DNA of 64,000 nucleotides from Felis catus (taxonomy: Eukaryota). A program made the translations under genes and the position numbers. Below are positions 23,010 to 35,139 of the stretch, in pieces. The DNA lies in assembly GCF_018350175.1 (NCBI RefSeq), contig NC_058368.1, forward strand, positions 135,906,001-135,970,000. Reading direction: 5' to 3'. The notes under the pieces were generated by a model. That model saw nothing but the letters and a program-made list of their open reading frames with translations. It had not been told where the DNA came from and ran no database searches. The number at the start of each line of letters is the position of its first letter. The first letter of the stretch is position 1.

Positions 23010-23240
23010 TTTTTTTTTTTTTTTAATTTTTTTTTCAACGTTTTTTATTTATTTTTGGGACAGAGAGAGACAGAGCATGAACGGGGGAGGGGCAGAGAGA
23101 GAGGGAGACACAGAATCGGAAACAGGCTCCAGGCTCCGAGCCATCAGCCCAGAGCCCGACGCGGGGCTCGAACTCACGGACCGCGAGATCGTGACCTGGC
23201 TGAAGTCGGACGCTCAACCGACTGCGCCACCCAGGCGCCC
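23010..23240 (-). mobile_element. Young feline-type CanSINE downstream of exon 4
   Basis: Nearly CpG-intact; TSD CAGATTTCCATTT. Confidence 0.95.
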
Positions 23241-24459
23241 CAGATTTCCATTTTAAAGAAGTGTACCTAGGCCCTGAAACCAAATGGCTTCTAAAGAATT
23301 GTGCAGAAAGGACTTGGCTTTTGCAAAACAAAACACCTCTCCCCTCCCCTTCTATTTTCCTTCTTGTCATTTTGGAGGGAAACACTTGGGCGGGATGCTT
23401 GCTGTCTCTTGGCTCAGGATTGGCAGTGGTGTTTTGGAGTCGTAGCAAGTGGCATATGTTTAAACTTCTTCCATGGATAACAGCCTAGCAAATTACAGTG
23501 ACTGATTCTGCATGGATACTTACCTAAGAGATACTTCCGTGAAGCAGAGAGAGACTGGAGCGATTCCCTTTTTGTGTATACTGTACTGTTATTCGTACGA
23601 GTATGTGTTAATATCTCAGAAATAGGTGTTCCTGATACCTGACCTGTCTTTAGAGATGTCTGCAGTGAGACTTTATTTCTCAGAAGTCCTGTTAGAATGC
23701 AGTTGGGAGCATCCTCAGAAACCCCCATCATAGGTTTCCTGGAGCAGATTGAAGTTTTGCCGTGAAGGGGAGGTGTGAATCCTGGACACGGGTTCCAGGG
23801 TAGATGTGTTCTGGACCGAGGGAGTGGAGTAAAGAGGGCTCAGGTTGGGTTCTGCTGGTCAGGGGAGGGATAAAGACATGGCTCATCTCGAAGGCCTCTT
23901 TAGCTCTGGCGTTCTGTGTGTCTGATTTGAAGAAACGTAGACGAGATTTTCTTCTGGTTAGTTAAGGAGCCACAACGAAACTCTTTTGAAAATCAGCAGG
24001 TGTGGTAGGGTTCCTGTGTTCCTGAACTCTCCTTGAAGCCTGCTTGTTCTCTTTTTCCTCCTCCTTCCCTCCCACCCCCAAAAAGTGTGAAGGTGTTAAG
24101 GACTGTTTTCTTTCGACCTTTAGCTCCAGGCAAGGCCACCTGTAGATGGAATAGGACTGTCTATTGTGAACTGTGAAGTAAATGTTTCTCCGGGAGTTTC
24201 TGGGAGTTTCTGGGCGTGTCAGTTTTCACTGGCTGTTGGATTTGTTTATTTAAGGTTTCGAGAGCCTAACAAAAAAAAAAAAAACTGACTTAAGAGAGAC
24301 CAGTGCTGGTAATAGTAGAGTTCCAGTGAACTTTGGCTTCTCATCTGATCTTACTGTCAGGAGGTTTTAATCAGTTCTGGGTGCTTTAGATAATTGGGCA
24401 AAAGATAGCCTTAACAGTTTATGGAGGTGATAATGATGGTGAAGCAGAAAGCACTTTAT

Positions 24460-27297
24460 TTTTTAGATTTTTATTAAAAATTTTTAATGTAATTTTTAAT
24501 TTTTTATTTTTATAAAGATTTTATTTTTTATTTTTTTAAATAAAGAAATATTTTAAGAAAAGTTTTAAGAAGTTTATTTATTTTATTTTGAGAGAGAGAG
24601 AGAGAGAGAGAGCACCTGTGGGCAAGTGGGAGAGGGGCAGAAAGAGAGGGAGAGAGAGAATCCCAAGCAGGCTCCACGTGGAGGCCACCTGGAGCCCGAT
24701 TCGGGGCTTGAACTCACCATTCATGAGATCATGACCTGAGCCCAAATCAAGAGTTGGGTGCTTAACTGACTGAGCCACCCAGGTGACCCAAGATTGTATT
24801 TTTAGGTAATCTCTACACCCATTGTGGGGCTCGAACCACCATCTGGAGATCAAAAGTCGAATGGTCCACTGACTGTGCCAGCCAGGTGCCCCAGCACTTT
24901 ACTTTTAAAAAAGCATTATTTGGGGTATATGTATTTATTTTTTATTTAAAAAAAATTTTTTTAATGTTTATTTATTTTTGAGAGAGACAGAGCATGAGTG
25001 GCAGAGGGGCAGAGAGAGAGGGAGAGACAGAATCTGAAGCGGACTCCAGGCTCTGAGCTGTCAGCACAGAGCCCGGTGTGGGCTCGAATTTATAAACTGT
25101 GAGATCATGACCTGAGCCGAATTCGGACGCTCACCCGACTGAGCCACCCAGGTGCCCCAAGGGTCTACGTATTTTTAATATAAAAATAATCTTTGCTTAA
25201 AATAATGGTAAAAAACTCTAGCATTGATTATTTGTATTAAGGATTAAAATTTGAATTCTTGTTGTAGAGAACTAAGACCAGATACTCCCCATATAGCTAC
25301 TAATGTTTTTTGTTTTGTTTTGTTTCTTTTTGGTGGGGGAGAGGGGAAGAAAAACTTACCAGAGGAACAATTAATTAGCTACTGAATATTAGTTTACTCC
25401 TTCCCTATATGTTAGGGTAGGTTTAGATGTTCATTATTTTATTAGATCTTACTGCCTTTCCTGGATTTTAAAATCTGTAGTATCGGAACCTTTGAGCAAA
25501 GATGCCTCAAAAGTTGAGCCTTAAGAGTTGTAAGCAGGTTTCAGCTCTTACGTATTATGTGTGGGGAAAATGTGCAACTCGCTAATTTCCTGTCTCTGAA
25601 TCTCCAGTACAATGGTTTCTCTGCCTTCCTAGGGAATTTTCGAGTTGTTTTTTTTCCCTTCCCCTTCTGGATATCTTGTACTTTGTAAAATAAGCAGGCC
25701 ATGTTTGCACATTGTTTTGGGTGTTAACCTGGTCCTTTGTAGTCAGTCAGTCACTTCAGTTTGTACCAACGTTGTAGATTAAATATTTGAAGGTTCTTTT
25801 AATTAAATTTGCACGTGTTTATTTTTTTCTGTTATGTCCTCAAATTCCAGATGTAGTTGGTACTTTTTCTGAATTAAAGTGTGTATATGTGTGTGTGTGT
25901 GTGTGTGTATTTTTAAAATTTATTTTATCTGATGGGTAACTAGAGATTTTGAAATACAGTGAGCTATAAAGAAAATTCTTCCACCCTTAGTTACAGTTCT
26001 CATGTATTTTCTGTCATACCCCAGCCTCTCCTGCACCTTCTTAATCTGAATCCGAAGAAGTAGGACTATGTTCCCCATCAGTGTAAAATCCTATTTTTTT
26101 AATAGAATTTTTTTAAAAGTTTAGTTATTTTGAGATAGAGCCTAAGCACGAGCAGGAGAGGGAGAGAGAATCCCAAGCAGGTTCCTCACTATCAGAGCAG
26201 AGCCCAACACAGGGCTCAAACCCACAAACTGTGAGGTCATGACCTGAGCCTAACTCAGGGGTCGGATGCTTAATTGACTGAGCCATCCAGGTACACTATG
26301 TAAAATCTTACATTTTTTTAATGTTTATTTTTTTATTTTATTTATTTTTTAAAATATTTATTTATTTGAGAGAGAGAGAGAGAGCACAAGCATGGAAGGG
26401 GCACAGAATCCGAAGCAGGCTGTAGGCTGCTCAGCTGAGCTGTCAGCACAGGGCCTGACATGGGGCTTATCCACGAGTTCATGCCCTGAGCCACAGTCGG
26501 ACATTTAACTGACTGAGGCACCCAGGCGCCCCTAAAGCATTAATTTATTTTTGAGAGAGAGCAGAAGCAGAGGAGCGGGAGAGAAGAGGACAGAGGATCC
26601 AAAGTATGCTCTGCGCTGACAGCAGAGCCTGATGCGGAGCTTGAGCTCATGAACCTCGAGATCATGACCTGAGCCAGTCAGATGCTTAACTGACTGAGCC
26701 ACCCAAGCACCCTAAAATCCTATTTTTTGATTTAACATTATATTGTAGGCTTTTTATGACATCATTAAATATTCCTCAAAAACATTTTTGATACTCTTAA
26801 TTTTATTGAAGTACAACGTATATCTTACACAGAGTAAAGTACAGCAGGTACACTAATTGCGTGGCTTATGATCATGAGATCATGGTCGTGATCAAAGAGA
26901 TCAAGACATAGTTCATTCCGGTGTCCGTGGTTTCCTCATGCCTCTTCTCAGTATCCTCTAGAGAGTGGTGACCTCTGTCATTTCTGTCACATCAATTGGT
27001 TTTGCCGTTCTTAAATTTCATATAAATGAAATTATGTACTGTGTACTTTTGTGCTCACTGAACATATTGTCTGTGAGATTCATTTAAAAAATTTTTTTAA
27101 TGTTTATTTTTGAGAGAGAGAGAGACAGAGTGTGAGTGGGGAGAGGGGCAGAGAGAGAGGGAGACACAGAATCCAAAGCAGGCTCCAGGCTCTGAGCTGT
27201 CAGCACAGAGCCTGATGTGGGGCTCAAACTCACGGACCATGAGATCATGACTTGAGCTGAAGTCGGACACTTAACTGACTGAGCTGCCCAGGCGCCC
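24460..27297 (-). mobile_element. Seven antisense CanSINEs (24570-24790, 24800-24892, 24950-25158, 26110-26295, 26315-26532, 26540-26712, 27085-27297)
   Basis: Repeated reverse-complement heads ...gagccacccaggYgcccc. Confidence 0.9.
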
Positions 27298-27435
27298 GAG
27301 ATGCATTTATATTGTTGCATCTATCAGTATGATACTGTTTTAATTTTTGTATTTTTTGGCAAAATAGAAACTTTCCTAAGTATCCCCTTTAAAAAGATCC
27401 CTTGGTCAGAATTACAGTGAAAAAAAAAGGTTTTC

Positions 27436-29187
27436 CCAAAGAGGTGAAAGACATCACTGATGATAAAAATTGAAGATGACACAAAGAAAGGGAAAGACAT
27501 TCCATGCTCATGGATTGGAAGAATTAATATTGTTAAAATGTCTATACTGCCCAATGCAGTCTACACATTTAATGCAATCCCTATCAAAATAACACCAGCA
27601 TTTTTCACAGAATTACAACAAACAATCCTAAAATGTGTATGGAACCACAGAAGACCCCAAATAGCCAAAGCAGTCTTGCAAAAGAAAAGACTGTATACAA
27701 ATCACAATTCCAGACTTCACATTGTATTACAAAACTGTAGTAATCAAAACAGCATGGTACTGGCACAAAAATAGACACATAGATCAACAGAACAGGATAG
27801 ACAGCCCAGAAATAAACCGTGATTATATGGTCAATTTATCTTCAACAAAGGAGGAAAGAATATGCAATATGAAAAAGATAGTCTCTTCAACAAATGGTGT
27901 TGGGAAAACTGGACAGCTACGTGCAAAAGAATGAAACTGGTCCACTTTCTTACATCATACACACAAATAAACTTGAAATGGATTAAAGACCTAAATGTGA
28001 GACCTGAAACCATAAAAATCCTGGAAGAGAGCACAGGAATCAATGTCTCTGACATCGGCCATAGGAATATTTTTCTAGATATATCTCCTGAGGCAAGGGA
28101 GACAAAAGCAAAAATAAGTTATTGGGACTACATCAAAATAAAATGCTTCTGCACAGGAAAAGAAACAATTAACAAAACTAAAAGGCAACCTATGAAATGG
28201 GGTAAGATATATGCAAATGACATATCCAATAAAGGGTTAGTATCCAAAATATATAAAGAACTTCTAAGACTCAACATCCAAAAAACAAATAATCCAATTT
28301 AAAAATGGGCAGAAGACGTCAAGAGACATTTTTCCAAAGAAGACATACAGATGGCTAACAGACCCCTGAAAGGATGCTCAGCATCACTCATCAGGGAAAA
28401 AGAAATCAAACATGAGCCATCACCTCACACCCGTCAGAATGGCTAAAATCAACAACACAGACAACGGATGATGGTGAGGATGTGGAGAAAAAGGAACCCT
28501 TGTGCACTGCTGGTGGGAATGCAAACTGGTGCAGCCACTGAGGAAAACAGTATGGAAGTTCCTCAAAAAGTTTAAAACAGAACTACCCTAGGATCTAGCA
28601 ATTGCACTCCTGGGTGTTTGCCTACCTAAAGGATAAGAAAACACTAATTCTAAAGGGATACATGCACCCCTATGTTAATAGCAGCGTTATTTCCAATAGC
28701 CAAAATACGGAAGCAGCCCAAGTGTCTATTGATGAATGAATAAGGACAATGTGGGATATATATATATATACAATGGAATGTTGTTCAACTATAAAAAAGG
28801 ATGAAATCTTGCCATTTGCAATGACATGGATGGAGCTAGAGTAGACAGTATAATGCTAAGTGAAGTTATTCAGCCAGAGAAAGACAAGTGCCATATGATT
28901 TCATGTGGAATTTAAGAAATAAAACATGAGCAAAGGGAAAATAAAGAGAGAGGCAAGGCAAGAAACAGACTCTTAACTATAGAGAACAAACTGAAGGTTA
29001 CCAGAGGGGAGGGTGGTAGGGGGATGTGTTAAGTAAGTGATGGGGATTAAGGAGGGCACTTGTGATGAGCACCGGGTGTGTATGAAAGTGTTGGATCACT
29101 ATATTGTACACCTGAAACTAATAGAATACTATATATTCACTAACTAGAATTAAAATAATAACTTAAAAAATAATAAATAAAAATTTA
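27436..29187 (+). mobile_element. 5'-truncated L1, sense to OCLN, intron 4
   Basis: ORF2 peptides ([41 protein letters not shown]); A-rich tail with AATAAA; degenerate TSD aaaa.AGGTTTT. Confidence 0.95.
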
Positions 29188-29956
29188 AAAACAGGTTTTT
29201 GAGGAAATGTCTCCTTGCCATCCTTGTGTGCCCATTTTCTCTTTTTTTAGGTATCTTCCCCTCCCCCCACTTCCCACTCTTCTAGGTACTCCTCTTAGTT
29301 TTTTATCATGCGTTTCATGGTTTTATTTTGCAAAAATAAAACCAAAGAAAAATAGACTCCCTGCTTATTTACGCAAAAGTTAGTGTAGTGATCACACCAT
29401 TCTGCTCGTACCTTGCCCTTTTTGCTTTACAGTGTATCCTGATGAACTTTCTAACCAGTTTTTAAGGAGCTTCATCCTGGTATGGATGTACCATGATTTT
29501 ATGTCACCAAAGTCATTGATGGTTACATTTGCTATTTAGTATTACAAACAATGATATGATTTAAAATCTTTGTTTACGTTGTGTACATGTGTACACAATC
29601 TTCTCTAGGATAGATTTCCCAGAGTATCCTACTAATACTCAGTAATATTACTGAGTCAGAGGATATATGTGTCTATAATTTTGATAAATATTGAGAAATT
29701 GAGTACTGAAGTTGCCTTTTAGAGGAGTTGTACCACTTTATACAACATCAGTGATGTATGAAATTCTGTCCACACACCTTTTCTAGTAACATTCCATGGT
29801 ACAGGTTATTTGGCCAATCCCTGCTGTTATTTTTTTCAATTTTTGACGTTTTAAAATAATGACTTTTGTTTGTGGTGGTTTGCAAGAAGTTCTTAATGTG
29901 AAAAGAGTACATATTTATTGTAACAAAACACAAGCAATACAGGAAAAAGGAAGAAA

Positions 29957-30246
29957 GGGCACCTGGTTGGCTCAATTGGTAGAGCATATGGCTCTTGATC
30001 TCAGGGTAGTGAGTTCAAGCCCCAAATGGGGCATAGAGCCTAATTAATTAATTAACTAATTTAAAAATTTTTAAATGTTTTTTTGTTTTTGAGATTGGGA
30101 GAGAGAGACACACACAGAATCCGAAGCAGGATCCAGGCTCCTGGCTGTCAGTACAGAGCCTGACACGGGGCCCCATCTCATGAACTATGAGATCATGACC
30201 TGAGCCAAAGTCAGATGCTTAACTAACTGAGTCACCCAGGTGGCCC
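29957..30246. mobile_element. Short + CanSINE and - CanSINE
   Basis: SINE motifs. Confidence 0.85.
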
Positions 30247-30519
30247 AAGCCTACTTAATTAAAAAAAAAAAGGGGGGGGGGGAGTTCCCACCCCTCTCCC
30301 TCTGTTTCCCATTGGGGCAGTGACATTTAACAGACAGATTTATATCCTGTTTTTATTGTTACTGATGTCATACATTCTAAGACACTCCTTTGTTCCCTCC
30401 AATGTAATTTTTTTGAGATTAGGGACTTCTTACTGTTGTAGTGTGGATGCTTCTCCTCCCCCAAGTCCTCGTCTTAGACTCCCTCCATGTGTACGGTCGC
30501 AGGCACAAAACCAGTACAG

Positions 30520-30720
30520 TGTAGTAGAGTGGGTGTGAAGTGTGGAGCCAAATTGCCTGGGTCCCAGTCCAGCCCTGCCCGTTGAGTTTGTGAGGCCTGG
30601 CAGGGTCTTCCGTGTCTGTGCTTGAGCTTTCCCATCTCTAAAATGGGGATGGTAATTGCATCCACCTCATGGGTTTGTTACAGTGAATTAACTTTGTAAA
30701 ATCCTTAAAATAACTAAGTC
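30520..30720 (+). mobile_element. MIR relic (others near 130-290, 35580-35770, 61210-61330, 62060-62220)
   Basis: MIR core: agctttcccatctctaaaatggggatggtaattgcatccacctcatgggtttgtt. Confidence 0.75.
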
Positions 30721-33159
30721 TGTCGGTACAGAACCCATGTACCTCATTGCTTTTAGCAGCTGTAGGGTATTACACCGTATGAGGATACCATGATTCATCC
30801 CCCCTGTTGATGGACATTTTGATTGCTTCCGGTTGTTTGCTCTTGGAGATAACGGTGCAGTGAACATTCTTAAACGTGTCTTCATGTGCCCTTGCTCGTG
30901 TAAGATAGATTTCTCCAAGTGTTCGTTGAGTGTACAAGTTTTGTATTTTGTTAGGTGCTGCAAAATTGCCGCATCGTGAAAGGCTGTTTAGTTCTCCTGA
31001 CAGTATGTGATGTGAGAGTGCTCATTTCTCAGCATCTTTGCCCTGCCCTGGCCATTACCAGTCTAACGTTTACCAATATCCTAAGTGACGATTGAGTTGT
31101 ATTTTAACTTTAAAAATTCTGTGATCCAGCATGTTTCCTCTGGAGTTTTTCATATTAATGCTTCATCTAAGACCGGGCCGGGGAAGGGCCCTGATGAGGC
31201 CTGGGTCGGGTCACCATCTGCACACCAGTCTGCTGTGCTCCAGGGAGGGCTCTCATCACATAATATGGCAGATGGCATTTCCCACAGTTACTGTGTGGCA
31301 TAGGGAGATGGTTTCTAGAGAAACAGGGCTCTGGAAACAATACGTACTACATGAATTAATTGTAACTGCCCTCTTATTTTTGATAACATCTGGACATGTA
31401 GCCAGGTTCACATTCAGAGTGCCTTTGGAAGAGCTTAGGATGACTTCCTGAGCAGCTTTGAACGTGCCTGCTTCACTCCAGTGCCCCTCTGTGCTCTGTC
31501 GGCTCCTCCCAGGAGGGTGTCGTGCTGCTCAGATCCCTTTGGGCCCCTGCTTGAGCTGGGATTCTTACCACAGGGCAGGGGACAGTGTCATGGGGGCACA
31601 CTGTTCAGCCATGGTGCCAGAGCCACGGGAAGGACTAATATTCATTAGCCTGTGAAAATGAGTATTTCCTGTTGATCTTTGTGCTCAGATCTCTCCCCCC
31701 ACACACACACTTTCCGAAGGTCATAAATATAAATACCAAGACATACAGACTCATTTTTCTTTAAGTAAATACTCATAAACGGAGCCTGGTCTTGGGAAAG
31801 CATACGCCAGTGGTAATTATTAAAGCGTTGATTGTAAGAGGTGTGCACTTGAGGTTAGTTTTCATTGATACCTACAGCGTTCCGGTGCAATAGTAACAAA
31901 GTTAAGAACCTCAGTTTCAGGCGCTCCTGGGAATGACTTTTGATTTGGCTTTGGTAAAGTGAAACGAATTTGAGGGAGGTCTGGGACCTTAGGATGAGGT
32001 CCTCCAGTCTGCCTCAGTGACCTTACCTGCAGGCAGCTGTGGGTGTGCCAGGCGGACACGCTAATTAGATGGCAGCCAGGGTGGTGACTTAGTGGGTCAG
32101 GAATAGGCCGCTGTTGTTTAGACGACTTTCTCAGGGCTCTCGCCGGTGTAGTACATCAACTGACTCGGGTTTGAGCTTCACATTTTAATTTTGGCAACAA
32201 AGCTATAAAGAAAAAAAAATCACAGCAAAAGAAAGGAACCAGCATTTCCTAAGTAACCATTATAGGCTAGCCACTTTATACATGATTATTATCCTAACTG
32301 CAATCCTGACGGTGTGGGCGCTCTTCTTGCAGAAGGAGAGACTGAGGTTTGCAGAGGGCTCCAGCAGTTTGACTCAAACCTGACATAATCAGCAGGACAA
32401 GGATTGTATTTGCCTTATAACTTGTGTTTTGGGGTCTGTTGTTTTTCCTCTGAAAACCTCTGAGCTTTAGTTTTCTTTGCCAGCAGAACTGGGGAAGATA
32501 CCACTTAGTCAAACTGACAGATTAAAATGAGGTGTATATGTGTAAGGTGCTTATCTGCTACAAACCAGCTTAGCCATTCTCAGCTAGTATTTCCTGCACG
32601 GCTCCTAATTTGCACCCTTTTCCTTGTCACGTCACTTGATCTGTTTCAGAAGCAAGAATAGAGTAAGTTTGGAGAGAGAACATGCCATTGACTCACTTCT
32701 CCATTGTTATCAAGTAGTAAATGAAGTCTGTTAAACAAGATCCTGTTTTTAAGTTGGAAATACTTAAGTTTAAAGGCTAATAACTTTGTTATCTGGGTAG
32801 TTTTATTTCTAGAAATTTTTAAGGTTTTTGACATGGTGATGCAACATTGATGTAGTATTGTTTTCAGCATTTCACCTGTCAGGATAGAGAGGATGATCTG
32901 GCTGGTTGTAGGGAAAGGGGGCAGGATCCTGATGTACATCTTGGCCCCTGTCCTTTATGGTCAGCATTGGGTGGCTTTTGGTTTCCTTGGACTCTGATGA
33001 AGGAAATCACTTTGCCCTGAGGTGGTTTTATCTGTTCATTTAATAGGTTCTTCATATGTAAATGAAAATAAAGGTTTCATCTGCAGACAAGCTGATGTGG
33101 TCATGATTAAAGGGCTTAGGTCAGGACCAGCACATAGTTTATTAACACACAGTAAATTT

Positions 33160-33360
33160 TATTTGACGTTTATTTATTTTTCAGACATAGAGAGACAGAG
33201 CATGAACGGGGGAGGGTCAGAGAGAGAGGGAGACACAGAATCTGAAACAGGCTCCAAGCTGTCAGCACAGAGCCCGATGCGGGGCTCGAACTCACGGAGT
33301 GTGAGATCATGACCTGAGCCGAAGTCGGTCGCCCAACCGACTGAGCCACCCAGGTGCCCC
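33160..33360 (-). mobile_element. CanSINE
   Basis: TSD AACACACAGTAAATTTTA. Confidence 0.93.
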
Positions 33361-34084
33361 AACACACAGTAAATTTTAGCTGGAGTGAAATTGTCAGTGT
33401 TTGTACTGAGAGCTGGAATAAGGAAGCTTGGGTAAGAGTACCCAAAATATAAATACTTTTAATGTTGGTTCACTTTAACTTAATCCTTTCCTTATTTGTA
33501 AGCTTGCCACAAATAAAATAACAACGACTTTCCTAAAGGTCGCAGGCGGGCTCTGCTTGTTATGTCCCTGCACACCGAGTGGGGAGGCAGGTGGGTGTGG
33601 GGCAGGTGGCTGGGACTAGCCGGTGGTGGTAATCAGCATCAGACATCTAAAGAAACTTGAACGCCTTTTTAATTTTCAACCAGTGCCAGCATTCTTTAAT
33701 GTACCAGTAGTCCTATGGGCTGCCGACTCTCAGGACATTAGGTTCTCACTGCGGGAAGGATGGTGCTGTTACCTGTGGCCTTACAGGGGGCAAAATGGAA
33801 CAAAAGTGGAAGTGGCCTATCCATCTACTGACCTAGCACTCAACAGCGTGGAGTACAGAAAGCCCTGTCTGTCCCAGCACCACCGTCAATGGAAACGGGG
33901 TGGCGGATGGGCCAAGGCATCCTGGAGAGCCGGTTTAGAGAGTTGTAATGAATGGCGAGGTAGGTGGTAGAGTCTGTGGCTGTCTGAAAGCAGAGATTCC
34001 TAGGTTTCCAGCCCCGCTGTTAATGCTAAGTTAGCAGTAGGTATTGTCCATGGCTGGAGGAAAGTTGTGTCCTCCCTCGGCTGT

Positions 34085-34250
34085 TCTTAGCAAGCATCAG
34101 CATCACCTGCAGGGCTGGTGAAAACAGCCTGTTGGACCCCACCCGCTGTGGTTTCTCATTTTCAGGACTGGGGCATGAGAATTGGTGATTCTAACAAGTT
34201 CTCGGGCCAAGTTGATGTTACTGGTCTGGGGACCACGCTTTGAGAACCAA
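34085..34250. mobile_element. MER5-type hAT-Charlie DNA transposon relic (similar relics near 6815-6930, 18220-18540, 44518-44610)
   Basis: catcagcatcacctg...tctaacaagttctc...ctggtctggggaccacgctttgagaacca. Confidence 0.75.
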
Positions 34251-35139
34251 AGCTGCAGCTGGCACACTGCAAGCCCAGAGAGCTGTTGAGTTAAGGCGAG
34301 GCCTTTTCCAACCCATGGCATACTTAGAAAATGGTATTGTCGTACAGAGCAATAGAGTAAACTGAAAGGGGATTTGGATCCCCACACGTGGACTGACCAC
34401 AGGCTCTGAGGACCAAGGTGTTCTGTGCCTTGTGGCACACCTGTTGCCGTGTGCCGGCACAAGCTACGTGCCTATTAAAATACAGTCTGCGCCAGGATTT
34501 CTGTTACTAGGACAAGAGGGCCTAGAAGGAGATCACAGACTGAGTGTAAAGTTTCTCCACTGCACCCCCTGCCGAAGCTCGAACAACTCCTTGACTCTGA
34601 GGGAGCTGCAGAATTCATCTTGGCTGGTATATGTTATTTCCCTGTGGGCAGCGTGCATTTGGGTAGGGGACCTTGTGCTTGCTAAATCCTCAGTGCCGTG
34701 TGATTAACATACGTTAATCAGACTGTGCTCAAGCCTCGTCCATCCGTGATCTCTTCGTTTGTGGGATTTGTACATCTGGGAGCATCGCCTTCAGGCAACC
34801 TAGAGTGGAAAAACCTTTGAGGGTACTTTCCCGAGGCAATTTTGAGGTTCCTGTGGAGGGAGCATCTGCGAGTATAAAATAACAGCAAACAGGAAAAACG
34901 AGTTGGACCACTTACTGTTCTGAGAACTTGTAGTGCAAGGGAAGGGGGACCTCAGGTTGTAAAGACTGGCGATGGTACTTTGAGATTACAGTGCTCTTCT
35001 CTCTGATGTCTGATGTGTTTCTCCACTTTTAATTACCAAGCAGGAAAAGCCTTTCTGTTTCCCTTTTTGAGGGTGGTGTTCCTACGCTCTGTTCTAAACA
35101 AAGGCACCTGGTGATAAAGCACGTATTCATTTTAGGTTG

